Shown one piece after another: positions 38,775 to 51,935 of a stretch of DNA of 64,000 nucleotides. Under the pieces are notes generated by a model, which was given only the letters and a program-made list of their open reading frames with translations, ran no database searches and was not told where the DNA came from. Positions within the stretch are counted from its first letter, which is position 1, and the number at the start of each line of letters is the position of its first letter. The stretch is from Utricularia gibba. Taxonomy: Eukaryota; Plantae; Magnoliophyta. Position numbers and translations under genes: made by a program. The DNA is taken from the NCBI GenBank assembly GCA_002189035.1, contig NEEC01000026.1, forward strand, positions 579,528 through 643,527, read 5' to 3'.

Positions 38775-40237
38775 TCATGGTAGAGCTTCCTGTATTAACA
38801 ACGGATGCATCAAGGAATCCTGTGGCTGACACGAATTCTGAGACTGCTGCTCTTGGCGTGGTGACTTACGAACCTCTTGGGCCTTGGTTGATTCCATATC
38901 TTTTTGAGGGTGCGCAGGAGCACCTTGCCAAATCCATACTATATCTTGAAGGCGAGGTCTAATCCCATCAAAAAATGTTTTCTGATATTCCAGGGTATCT
39001 CCACCAGTTTTTTTCATTTCCAACAAATGGCAAGCAGGAGTGAGCTCGAAGATCTCAGCATCAATGGTCAGAACCCCCTTTCTACCTTCCTTGGTTCCCT
39101 CAAACTTGAAAAGTCCTGCATCTCGTTTACTCATCCTGAGTTTCAAATTTTTGGCAATATCTTCTAGCTTGGAGATGATTAAAGAAGCAGGCCTCCAAGA
39201 AATGAATCTGGCTTCTTTATCTGGACAAGGCTCCTCAAATAATCTTGACAGATCAAATCCAGCTGACAGGGAAATGAGGTCAAATGCGTTCATCTTTGAG
39301 AAGCTGGGCCCATCTTTTTTGTCTTCAGTAGATGTACTACCATTTTCATAGGGCATAGATGATGATGCATTTCTGCCTCCTGTACTAGTTGTACTGTTTT
39401 CAGGGTCATCGACTAATGCCTTCGAGGGAAGCCCTTTCTTGAACCAGGGGTTTTCCTTAATTCTTGCAATTGAGATTCTGGTATTGGGTTTGGATCGAGC
39501 ATTCTTGAAAGTAATTTCTTTACTTCAGGTGGAAACCAATTTGGACATTTGAATTCAGCCTTCCCTATCTTCCTGTACATCTCCATTAAATTCGAGTCAT
39601 GGAATGGGAGATAACCAGAAAGCAAGACAAAGAGAATCACTCCACAAGACCAGATATCAGCTTTGGCACCATCATACCCTTTTCTGTTTATAACTTCCGG
39701 GGCAACATATGCAGGTGTACCGCACGTGGTGTGAAGGAGACCGTCTTGGCGCTTTGACTCAGCCAGTGCACTCAAACCAAAATCGGAAACCTTAAGATTT
39801 TCATTGTCATCTAACAGTATATTTTCAGGTTTTAGATCCCGGTGGTAGACATGTCGGCTATGGCAATAATCAACAGCATAAATCAATTGTTGAAAATACT
39901 TTCGAGCAACATCTTCCTTCAGCCTGCCGGTTGCCACCTTGTTGAAGAGCTCACCTCCTTTAGCATATTCCATCACAAAATAAATCTTGGTTTTAGTGGC
40001 CATAACTTCATAGAGATGGATGATATAAGGATGCCTTACCAGTCTCATAATCAATATCTCCCTCTTTATTTGATCTACGATTCCCACTTTCATAATCTTT
40101 TCCTTGTCTATGACTTTAATGGCAACACTCTGTCCGGTTTGAACACTCCTTGCATGAAAGACTTTCGCAAATGTACCTTGACCTAACAGCCTACCTATTT
40201 CGTACTTTTGCAATAGCACATTGCTCTTAGAATCCAT
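38775..40237 (-). CDS. CIPK: CBL-interacting protein kinase (intronless clade), with a 1-bp frameshift at 39484-39488
   Basis: [48 protein letters not shown] and the NAF motif [16 protein letters not shown]. Adding one base restores [22 protein letters not shown] in frame with the NAF segment. Confidence 0.93.
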
Positions 40238-41999
40238 AACAAAGTTGAAATCCCTGAATGTCAAGAAACCAGAAGTCTCTGTTATCCTATGGAAATGATT
40301 CCAGGGAACAACAGCTCGAAAGACTTATATGCAGCAATTTTATATGAGCAACACCTCCCCACAACCAGGAAGAGATATTATTTAGGATCAAGGTTCCTGG
40401 ATCCTCTTTCAAGGGCAAGGAAAATGTAGATTCATCTGGTGAGAGATCATCAAACTCCAGTATATGTCCTGGAAGGAATGCAGTAAATACCCAAGTCTAT
40501 TTACCATAAAAATTGAGTCCAAGTAAATCACATCAAAGGATAGACTGCATACACAAAAAATAGAGATGTTTCCAAAGTTCTAAGTTCAAGCAACGAATAC
40601 AAGACAAATATCATTCACAAAATAGAAGCCCTTAGTTATAGAACGTATGTATTACTACAATTTCGTGTTCGGCTGAGATCAGTAAAGTAAAAAGTGAACT
40701 GGCATAAAACAGAAACTAAGTAACCCCAAAAGGAAAGCACCGGATAAACTATTCACTATTAAACAGTTTCTGAATTACGAACTTTTTGAACATGCAACCA
40801 GAAAAAAGATGATCCTTTAATATATATTAGTGTTCCGATTTTATTTTTCACTATGGAAAAGCCCATCCATTTCTTATCTAAGTTTGTGATTTCGCTCTTT
40901 TTCTGGGCGCCAACATCATCAACAACAACAACAGTACAGCTCCAATTTTCAGCCACGGCATACAACAACACTAAATACAATCATCGACTAGGAAAACAAA
41001 CATTGAGTTCGAGGTTCACCATTCTAGAATCACATTTTAAATTTTAGAATTGTCACTAATTAGAAAGACTGCCTTAAAACGATGCGCACAACAATATCAA
41101 GATCACATAATTAAAAAAATGTAAACCTTGAATTTTAGTTTTTATCCACGACCATCTCTCAAGGAGCAAAATCTGAAAAATAGGGAATACAGACAGATGA
41201 CCCAGGGGAATCGAGAATTAACTACCTTTTTGTTTTGCTTAGATATAACAGCAGACAGTAGGGCAATACTCGAGCCGGCAGGCAATAAAGAAGATCGGAG
41301 AAGGGGTGAAATGAAGTCGGAGCTTGTCCAACTTTCAGAAGACTAAGGACGCGGAATTAGGAACACATGCTGCGATGGTGAGGTGAGCCGGGTCTCTCTA
41401 TAGTAAAACAAGGCAAGCCGACACAGCTAAATTTAGTCGTCACTCCGTGCCCATAGTAGTACAGTACTCAAGATACGATGCCACACCAACGAATTCCTCG
41501 ATCAATTGCCCGATTACGTCACACCAAGGCGGGGCCGTAAATCCCCGAGTTTTTACCAAATACAAAAAATCCAGTTCCAAAATCAACCATTGTATGCCTT
41601 TCATTTCTATCAAAACCATCCATTTTATCGATTTTTTTTTCATTTTTGAATTTCTTTTTTACAAAAAATAGAAATATATTACATTTGTTTTATAAATATT
41701 GTAATAAATATTATTAAAATATTTGTTTAGAATTTAAAAATTATATTAAATAAAAAATTAAATCAATTATTATTTTTCAAATATAACACGAAAAATAAAA
41801 TTAAATTTTTCATAATTTATATTTTTATTTAATTATTATATATTCAAAAATATATACAATTAAATAATAAAAAATAAATAATTTAAAAAAAATGAAAAAT
41901 CAAACTATATTATATATTCTTTACAAATAATAAACTAAATTAAAAACCAACAATATCTTTTCATTTAACTTTCTCATTTTAATATTTTTTATTTATGTT

Positions 42000-42620
42000 A
42001 ATCATTACAATTCGTTATTACAATTATCAGAAATAAAAAAATATAAAAAAAACAACAATTACATATTTCTATCGATCACTACAATTCACCAATTACAGTT
42101 ATTAGAAATGAAACTAATATAAAGAAAACGATAATTGTCTATTTCTATCGATCACTGTAATCATCAATTATAATTACCACAAATAAAAGTAATATAAGAA
42201 AAACTATAATCGTCTATTTTTGTCGATCACTATAATTCATCAATTACAGTGAATAGAAAACATGGTGATAGTAGTATGTTAAGCAAAAGTGTTCCGAACA
42301 AGCATAAAAGAGAAAATAAAAATTACTCGAGTAATAGTTTGTACCTCTAAATTTTATGGTCACCGTAATTACTAATTACAGTTATCAGAATTGAAAGTAA
42401 TATAAGGAAATGATAACCTGTTTCTACGGATCACCGTAAGCATCAATTACAGTTACTAGAGAAAATGTTTATAATACTCTAATAAGCAAAACGATGATTA
42501 CATATTTTCCCGATCATCAATTACAATTACCAGAGAATATGCTTATAGTACTCTACCAAGCAAAATGATGATTACCTATTTTTGCCGATCACCGTAATCA
42601 TCAGTTACAGTTATTAGATA
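42000..42620 (+). repeat. Degenerate tandem array (unit about 70-75 bp) in the left MULE TIR
   Basis: Recurrent core gatcactgtaat(t)catcaattacagtta. Confidence 0.85.
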
Positions 42621-44058
42621 ATAATAAAGCAAAAATGCTCCTAATATGTATAATGAAATAGAAAATGAGAATTACTCTACTAATGTTTTGTAATACTCCT
42701 AGTCCGGATGGTCTTCATTCATTGGGGCTTGACCAATACGAAAATCATGCACAAAGGATGATACATCAAGTGCATCTATAAGTTATTCAAGAAAAGTCTT
42801 CATCTCACCCCCTTCCATAAAAGATGAATCTTTTTTATGAATCTTTAAGAAAAGTCTTCATCTCAACCTATTTGAGAAGCATTAGAGTATAATTTAAACT
42901 AAAAAAATAAAATTTAACTTATGAAATTTTTAACTAAAATCATTACCAGATTTCTTGTAGACTTGTATGATGAATCATCTACCAACAAGGTGTTACCATG
43001 TGTATACCGGCCATGAAAACCATCATCCTCCCATATTTTTTGCAATTCTTTCAGCGAAACAATACTTGCTGGCTTCTTGAGGATTCAAAGGTTTGTGGTG
43101 GTGCATTTCGTTCCATCCCATATGAATGCCAAATTCGACATCTTCTCGCCAAACATCCCGTTAATGACTTGGTTTAGTTATGAATTGTTACAAAAAGAAT
43201 ACATGTAAAACATATATATAAAAAATATAATATAATATTTTGTATGTTATCCTCCACGTGAGGACCATAGTGCAACATCAAAATGTTGCATACACCATTC
43301 CATGAACTCCCTAACATTTGGTTTTAGAAACACTAAAAATATAACATAGTCAATCAATAAATTAGCAACTAACTATATGTTGCAAATGTGTGAAATACTA
43401 AATAAATATCATACCTGCTCGCCCATAAATCCACTTATCGGGACGCCCTTTGATGGTTGATGATGAATGAAAAATATATCAGCAAAAATGTCATTGACGA
43501 CAAATACTACTAATTTCCGCACCATTGGAATATGACTACTTGATTCGCAGAAAGAAGACCGTTTGGATTGATACCACTTTAGTTGTTGCTTCAACGCCTC
43601 ATTTTTAGCAACCAAATCATTTGTTTCATTGTCAACCGCCACATCTTTATGTGAATTATCAGCATTATTTCCACTTTGATCATCCACATCATCATCCTTC
43701 TTTGTAATTTTTTTTTTCATACCAACACTTGGCCGTGCCCCGAACTCTAAAAATAGGAGATAGGACTGTAGTCAATGACCTAGTCTGCCCTTTAAAGAAA
43801 ACAATGAATTCATCAACGACATCCCTTGGTAACATCTCAATACCTAACAATAAATATAAGTAAATTAGATCAATAAAATCATAACAATTCTCATAAAAGC
43901 ACATAATATAAAAAATTGTTTAACACATAAAATACCTTGTGGTTTTCCAATAAGATAAGAATTTGGAAGTGTGCGTGGGAAATCATTTGATAAATCTTTA
44001 GGAGGAGAAACCTATACAAAACTTGTCCACCAACTATCATAGCCACTTCATAGACCTT

Positions 44059-45330
44059 TGATAAATGAAAATTTCCTAGTGTCATTGCAAAAATAGAAAA
44101 TTTGTTATCAAATAAATTTATAATCCCTAATCCACACAAAATACAAATTTAGAAAACTTGTATAGTGGTTATCGGGGTCGATCATAAAGAACTTGTGCTT
44201 GCTAAGTGTTTTAGTAAATACATGATTCGGAATAACAATAGGTCTTAGTCTAAGCTCGGGCTAGCAGTGCAAGTAAGTTCAGTAAACGAAATCAGGTTTA
44301 AATGCGAAAGGTAACAAGTACTAGTTTTAACTTAGAATAATACGAAGATGCCTTAAGGGTCTGCAGGTGGTATGGTGCTAAAATGTCTAACTTAAATTAC
44401 CATGTCTCTACACTCATAACTTCAAATAACCTTAGTCTACCTAGGTCATTTGTAATATTTTACGCAAAGCTGGTCTCCAATATCATCACCAACATTGCAA
44501 TTAGGCTTACCTGCATGCAAAGTGTATAGAACTAGGTCTACCCGATTCTACTGGTTCTATCCCGGATTAACACCTACTTTGTCCGCCTTGATTTGTTGGT
44601 CTACATCTAAACCAAGTTTCTTAGTCGCGAAGTTACTTGTTCCCCTCCTTAGGTCTACCCATAAAATGATAGAAACAAGAACTAAGAAACAATGATGAAT
44701 TTTACTAAGAATCCTAGACCCACACCACCATGCTTCACCTTAAGACATCCCTAGGGTTCTAGCTACTCATACTTTGAAGGTTAAGCATGATAACATCAAC
44801 ATAAAACAACGAAAATGTCAAGAATATTGTGAAAGAGTTGCGTGTAGAAACTGAAAACATCAACAAACTAAAATAAAGCAGTAAGAGTTCAGTTTTCCGT
44901 CTGCTACTGTTCCTTGGCTGGAATAGTAGTACTGGACTAGGTTTTGATGATGTTCTTGAGGGTGAAGTCCTTCTTCTTCTCCCCTGGATTGTGTTCTTCG
45001 TATTGGAGTTGGAGGTTGGGGGAGAAACTCCCTCGTCCCCCGTTGGAGGTTGTTGAATCTTGGAGGGAAAAATCCCCGCTGTGTGTGTTCTCCGAAAATT
45101 CTGAGTTGAATCCCCTTTTTGCGACTCTCTCTAAGCATCTTTCTCTCGCCTCCTACTTAAAACACTAGTTTTAAGTGTTTTTATGTAATTTAGGAAAATG
45201 AAATTTTTGGTGTGATTAGTGGGCTAAATCCTTTGATTTAGCCCACCTCATGTCTAACCCGATTTTAGAGTCTAGCAGCAACCCAAGAATCAAGGAAAAA
45301 TCTTGATTTCGTGCAAGTCACTAGGTTACA
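44059..45330 (-). mobile_element. LTR of the 1439-2809 family with an internal inversion
   Basis: 44059 to about 45155 is the reverse complement of about 1765-2809. 45166-45330 matches about 1515-1675 in forward orientation. Confidence 0.85.
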
Positions 45331-45336
45331 TTACTT

Positions 45337-47004
45337 CTAAAATCCTTGGTTCCTGCAAAATCGAGTCAACGAAACCATATTAATCCTTGCTGCTTTTCTT
45401 GTACAAGCCATAAGAAGATGTTTAGGGTTTCCAGCAATGTATCTCAAAACCCTTTTCGCACACTGCAAGTGATTTTCCATAGGCTGGTGCATAAACCTAG
45501 AGAGAAGGCTCGTTACAAACATGATGTCTGGCCTAGTGTTGGTGAGGAACATCAATGACCCGACAATTGATCTGAAAAGTGTTAAGTCAATAGCCTTCCC
45601 TTCTTGTGCAAAAACGGATTTGTAATTTTGCAATATAGGGGAGTTGGCAGCAGAACATTCTGAATATCCAAACTTCCTTAGCATATTTGTAGAGAATTTG
45701 GTCTGTGAGAGAAAAATTCCAATTGGTAGCTGCTCAACTTCCATACCTAAAAACTGATGCATTAGTCCAAGGTCTGACATCTCAAACGTGCCTTTCAGAA
45801 AACTCTTGAATTTGTTTATCTGAGAGACATTCTTTCCTGTAATCAACATAAATAACCGTGATCAGGGTTGCCTTGTTATCCTCTAGATAGATGAATAGTG
45901 CTGCATCATTTTTGGATTTTTCAAATCCAAAATCCAGTAGAGCCGTTTCCAAACGTTCATACCAAGCTCTAGGGGCTTGCTTTAGACCATATAAGGCTTT
46001 TAGTAAGAGATATACCTTGTTTCCTGGGATTTCGAATCTAGGTGGTTGCTTGCAGTAGATTTTTTCCTGTAAATCTCCATTTAAAAAGGCCGACTTGACA
46101 TCCATCTGATGAACTCTCCAATTCTCTTGTGCAGCAATAGCAAGTAAGAGTCTAATGGTATCAAATCTAGCAACACGGGCAAAGGTATCATAGTAATCAA
46201 TACCATGCTCTTGGGAGTAGCCTTTGACTACCAACCTTGCCTTATACTTTTGTAGAGTTCCATCAGCATTAGTCTTGATCTTGAACACTCATTTTAGTCC
46301 AATGATGTGGGCTTCAGGTGGAGGATCGACCAGAATCCTGGTGTTATGTTTCTGAATCATCTTGAGCTCTTCTTCCATAGCCCTTTTCCAATGGGATTGT
46401 TGTAAGGCTTCCCCAACATCTTGCAGTTCTGAGGATGCAATAGCAAGGTTTGCATATTCATGTATGTCTGTAAATCTCCTTGTCCTTTGAAGTGATGTTC
46501 CTGTTTGATCTTCTGCTGTCTCGTGATATATATCTAATAACAGTCGAAACCTTGTGGCCTCAGATTCATCAAGGCTGGAGGGAGTGCTACTTGGTGAGTG
46601 GATGCTCTCTTGAGCATCTACCGGATTATTTGAGCTATTCACGTCATCAGGTTGAGGGGGTGTACCCGAATAAGCATCATCATCCAGGTCATCAAGAGAA
46701 AAATCGTTAGAGGAATAAAGATTGACCTTTTTTGAGATACTAACCACATGTGAGGCAAGAAGGTTGCACTCCCAATCCCAGAAGTCATCCTCATCAATCC
46801 ACACACTTCGAGCTATACTTACTCTTTTTTTTGTGGATTGTAGATTCTATAGCCTTTAGTACCTTCAGAATATCCGATGAATATACCAGCCAACGAACGG
46901 TTATCCAGCTTAGACCGCAACTCAGCTGGCACTAGAGTGTATGCTACTGATCCGAATACCCTGAGGTGACCAACAGCTGGTTTCCTGCCATAAACCAGCA
47001 ACAA
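45337..47004 (-). pseudogene. Copia pol remnant (integrase end, RT, start of RNase H)
   Basis: Motifs HLRVFGSVAY, IIGLK, YKARLVVKGY, QMDVKSAFLNG, LYGLKQAPRAW, YVD and TRPDI, with frameshifts. Confidence 0.92.
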
Positions 47005-47359
47005 TGCCTCTCATTCATGATCCTACACATAGTTCACGATATAGGATGAATATGGATAGGGGAAGGAGCGCAGGAATGAGAAGTGGACATAGTGGAAGAC
47101 CAAGATTTTCACAAGATACAGCTTCACCTGCACATAGTCCACCTCAGAGTCATCGGGTATCTATTGATGTACCATATCACCGTGATTTCAAAGGTCTTTC
47201 TCAACAATCACGGTCATCTCTTCAAGAACGACCTCAAGGTATGAACACTAGGTTTGATCTTCCTAGCTCGTCTACTCAACAGTCTAGGAAGCAAAAGTTA
47301 CTTGTGTGTAAATTTTTTGGGTCATTTATGAAATTCAGATAAATATTATCAATATGTAA

Positions 47360-47860
47360 AATACTATTTGATTGGTAACTGTAATTGATGAATTACAGTG
47401 ATCGGCATAATTATGCAATTATCATTTCCTTTATTACTTTTGTTTTTAGTAACTGTAATTGATGATTATAAGGATTGGCAAAAATAAATAATTTTTGTTT
47501 TGATTACATTACTTTCATTTATACTAACTGTAATTGATGATTACAGGAATTGGAAAAAATAAACAATTTTTCGTTTTGCTTATATTACTTTCATTTATGA
47601 TAACTGTAATTGATGAATTACAATGATCACCAGAAATAAGTAATTGTCATTTTCTTTATATTACTTTCATTTTGAGTAATTGTAATTGATGAATTACAGT
47701 GATTGTCAAAAATATGCAATTATCGTTTTTTTATATTATTTTTATTTCTAGTAACTGTAATTTATGATTACAGTGATTGTAAAAAATAAAGAATTATCGA
47801 ATTGCTTATATTAATTTCATTTCTGGTAACTGTAATTGATGAATTGTAGTGATTGGTCAA
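47360..47860 (-). repeat. Inverted copy of the 70-75 bp array in the right MULE TIR
   Basis: Recurrent taactgtaattgatgaattacagtgat, the reverse complement of the 42 kb unit. Confidence 0.85.
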
Positions 47861-48895
47861 CATAAATTAACATATGTAAAATTTGTTTTCACTAATTGAA
47901 TCACAATTAGTATATAGTAAAACATGAATTCTATTATTGTATTATAAAAAAATCGATACATTATAGATATATATATGTATTATAATGATTCATATAATAT
48001 GTATCTTTGTATTTTTTAAGAAAATCGAATATCTTGTGGAATTTTATAAATATAAATATTTTATTTTTTATTATTTTAAAATTGTTATACATTTCTAGTA
48101 ACTGTAATAGATTATTATGGTGCTTGAAAATCTCGGACACTATAATTTATATTGTAGGCATCAATTTCAATATAAATTAATATATGAATATTTTTTTTCA
48201 CTAATCGAAATATAATTAGAATATATAGAAAAACATGATTTCTATTATTGTATGTTCAAAAATAATGATACATATAATATATAAGTATTATATTTGTAAT
48301 TTCAAAAAAACATAAATATCTTGAGAAATATTAGAAATATAAATATGTGTATTTTTATTTTAAAATTATACAATTAAAATTATGATTAATTTTTAAAAAT
48401 ATTTTATTAATTAATTAGTTTGAGTGATATAAACAGTTTTTTTTAAAAAAATTTGAAATATTTATAACAGAAATTATATTATTTAAATACATATATTTAT
48501 TATATTTAAATGTATACGATATCTAAGAATAAAATTAATTCAAAAAAGAAAAGAAAAAGTTAAGATAGATGTTTTTGTACACATAATATACATAGTGGAT
48601 GGTTTTGGAATTGAGTTTTTTCACAGTGGGTGGTTTTGTAAATGACCCGTAAATCCCCCTCGAAAAGGTTTCGTTAGTTGTAACATAGGGGTTTAGTTCA
48701 TTTGAGTATTCGACTGCTATATTTAAAGAGTAATTTCTAATGGTATAAATCATTGGATTTTAAAAAATAGATTTAGAGGTTTTTCTCATAAAATATAGAA
48801 TTTTGGTTGGAATTGCAAAAGGTTTGTGACAACATATTTCTTATAAATTTATTTTTGATTTCTAGAAAAATTTAATTGTTTTTGTATGTGTTCAG

Positions 48896-49483
48896 CATTC
48901 ACTTCAAACTTACAAGGCCATACAGTTCAAAATATTTCCACTCTATGAAGAATGGGTTGAAATTTTTGGAAGTGATCGTGCGACTGGTGAGGGAGCAATA
49001 CCCATCGATGATGAACCAAGAAATGACATCGAAGGTGCAACTACAGGGCTAGAGGAAGACCCACCAAATGAAAATGGTACAGAGGGTGTTTATTCTAATC
49101 TGAAAAGCCAACACTCTAATGATGAGTCAAGTTCATTTTTTGAGGATGTATTTGCATGTAGCAAACAAGAAAGGCCAAACAAGAGAGGAAAACGAAAGAG
49201 AATAGCATATGATGACCAAGATTTTATTATAAAGCTTCGGGAGATGACTCAAGAAACCAATGCTATGTTGCTGCAAATATCATCTAGGCTAACTACTGAA
49301 AGTGATTGCCAACGTCAAGCAGCTACAATGATACGAAGCATGTCTCTTCATATGTCTCCAATTGAATTTATGAATATTTCAGAGGTTATAATTAATAACC
49401 CTGGAAAGCTACAAAGTTTTCTAGCAATGACAGATTCTGAAAAACTTGAATTAGTATCAAGCATTCTAAAAGAATATCGTTAG
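48896..49483 (+). pseudogene. Harbinger Myb/SANT protein, last exon only
   Basis: FPLYEEWVEIFGSDRATGEGA...NPGKLQSFLAM. Confidence 0.8.
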
Positions 49484-50107
49484 CATTATGAAAATACTTA
49501 GTTAGTGATTATGTATTTTGTCTTTCATTTAAACGTTGTTGTCTATTGTTTGTTGAAGATTTTATTGTTGTTAAAACTTTGATTACAATTAAGATGTTGA
49601 TGAGTTTGCATTATGGTGTGATTGGTTATTAAATGATGTTATATAACTTATTTTATTTTCACTTGGTTAATCATTTTTTTTATTGCTATATGTATTGGTT
49701 TTTTTGGATAGGCGACATCCCATGTGCTGGAAAATTTTTTTTATTTCATTGCTTCTCATCCTTTCTTAAGGTCTCAATAACAAATCAAATCAAACAAACA
49801 CACATTAACTAAGAATTACAACACCAAATAATTTATTTTTCAAGCAAACAAACAATCACTAAACATATATCAATCTTATTATTTGTAAAAAAGCAAACTA
49901 AGTGTATATTGATTAACTAAATTGGATTAAATAGTTAAGATAACAGATAATCATAAATCAGCCTAAAAAAACCATCAAATACAACTAAACATAGCAAATA
50001 CCATCATTCCAACAAAACTTACATAAAGGCTCAATGTCCAGCAATAATCCAATATAAATAGTTGCAAAACAGATTATATATTTCAACAAATCTACTCATT
50101 TAAGTAT

Positions 50108-51441
50108 TCATTGATCAATCCATTCCAATGATGACACATTCTCAGAAGTCATAAAATTACCATGACTTGTCTCATTATCACAATAGTCATCCGGAACCTC
50201 ATATTCATAAGGATCTTTGGTCATCTCTCGTCGTATAAAATCGTGAAGCAACGCACATGCATTGATGATCCTTATTTGTGCATTTATAGGATAGAATGAG
50301 GCGGAACGCAATATACCCCATCTTTTTTTCATAATTCCCCAAGTCCTTTCAATAACATTACGTGACTTTGCATGCCACATATTAAAGTATTCTTTTTCAT
50401 CTTGAAGAATTTGAGTACCTTCACCCCAATCTTTAAGATGATACCTTACGCCTCTATATGGTGTCAAAAACCCTTCACTATTTGCATATCCATTATCCGC
50501 CAAATAATAATAACCTAGAAATATCAAAACAATAAAAATTAGGAAAGTTGGTATATAAATAATGCATAAACATATAGACTGTCGTACCCTTAGGAACACG
50601 AAATGGGTTCTTTCGTGTAAGCACATCTTGTAATACTCGTCCATCTGCAGCCGAGCCTTCTCATCCTGCTAGTACATATATGAAGCACATTTTATCATCG
50701 CGGACTCCTAATACATTGGTTGCTATTGATCCTTTACGTGTTCAATATCAAGGTTTATCCACCCCCTTCACTGTGACATTCACATAAGTTCCATCTAATG
50801 CACCTAAACAATTCTAACACAAAAAGCAAATAATAATAAATACCTATTTCATATTAACACCAATAACAACAAAGTATTGACTTAGAAATATACTTTAAAA
50901 TATGTGTTACCTCAAAAAATTTGAAGCTTGAACCATTGTTGCTGCAAATAGGCTTCGGCTTAACCAACAATTTATCATGAAGCTTAAGAACAGCTTTAAA
51001 AACTTGATTAAAATATATGCTACATGTAGCCGTAGATCTCAAGAAATCAAATTTTTGAGATCTTATCTTCTTGTGATGTGCTAGCACACCAAAAAATAAT
51101 GCAACTTTTTCTTCAATGGAGACCCACCTGGAGTTTTTTAAACCAGAAAATTGTTGCAAAAGAAAACAGAGTCGGCCAAAAGCATCTTGACTCAAACGCA
51201 AATTCTCACAAGCTGCTCCTCTAACATCGGTTACCAAATTGCACAAATACTGTTCTTGCTTTGGTCGCCTAGCCAAAAGAGAATAGTGCCGTGCTTTCTT
51301 CTTGCGCGTCAAATTCCAGTGCAAATAACAAGCTAATCTTAGCATAGCCCATTGAATCACAATAACTCTTACAATCAAGGAAAAAATAGAGCGATTCCGA
51401 TGCACTGCCATTCTGCATTGCAATGAAATAGATTGAACCAA
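50108..51441 (-). pseudogene. Harbinger transposase, degenerate
   Basis: NLRLSQDAFGRLC, VSIEEKVALF, GALDGTY, AG*EGSAADGRV, YYLADNGY, YHLKDW and RNVIERTWG. Confidence 0.92.
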
Positions 51442-51935
51442 ATGTGCAGAAAAGAGGGATTTTTGAGAGTGAAGGAGACGAACGATTGAGGGGCAATTTT
51501 GGTATAAAATAAAAAGTATTAGATAAAATAAGGGAGGGCCGATGTTTTATTTAAACCCTTGTACATGGGTTTAAAAAAACCCTTGCAATCCCGGGATCAT
51601 TTAAACACACAAAGTAAACACAATACAATTTGCAATCCTACTTTTAAACCCATTGAATCCTTTCAACCAAACAATCCCTTAGGCGCAAGGCATTTTCAGG
51701 TGGACGAGCCTCTTTCACCTTTATTTTGCTAATGTACTTTGAAGTTGGCTGGAGCTAACGTGCATTACTTTGATTTGTGTATTTCACTTTGTTGTATTAC
51801 ATTTGTTTGAACTTGATTATTATTTTACACGTGGATGCACTTGACATGTAGATGGGTAATGTGTTAAAATACAAGGAAAATAGCTTATCTACATACATGA
51901 GAGAAGGACATTACCAAAAAATCGAAATGACAATG

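Larger units (their letters stand above)
41547..48648. mobile_element. Mutator-like element (7.1 kb) with long TIRs and rearranged retroelement cargo
   Basis: Direct repeat GTAAATCCCC at 41537-41546 and 48649-48658. The ends are inverted homologues (aaaaaatccagttccaaaatcaacc versus aaaaaactcaattccaaaaccatcc). Inverted internal repeat arrays are present. Confidence 0.85.
48896..51678. mobile_element. Second PIF/Harbinger element, left end truncated
   Basis: Right TIR AACCAAACAATCCC ends at 51678 and is followed by TTA. Myb gene tail and transposase are convergent. No left TIR found. Confidence 0.8.

Noticed and set aside
35203-40237. Terpenoid biosynthetic gene cluster
   Set aside because: There is only one TPS, and the neighbours (CIPK, MnSOD, NPP, ETG1) are not tailoring enzymes.
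42000-42620. Regularly spaced repeats that look like a CRISPR array (also 47360-47860)
   Set aside because: The whole unit, including the apparent spacers, is homologous between copies. The arrays are mirrored inside MULE TIRs, the context is eukaryotic, and no cas genes are present.
48590-48650. Upstream exon or left TIR of the second Harbinger
   Set aside because: It is better explained as the right TIR of the MULE, being inverted to 41547-41600 and followed by the TSD.
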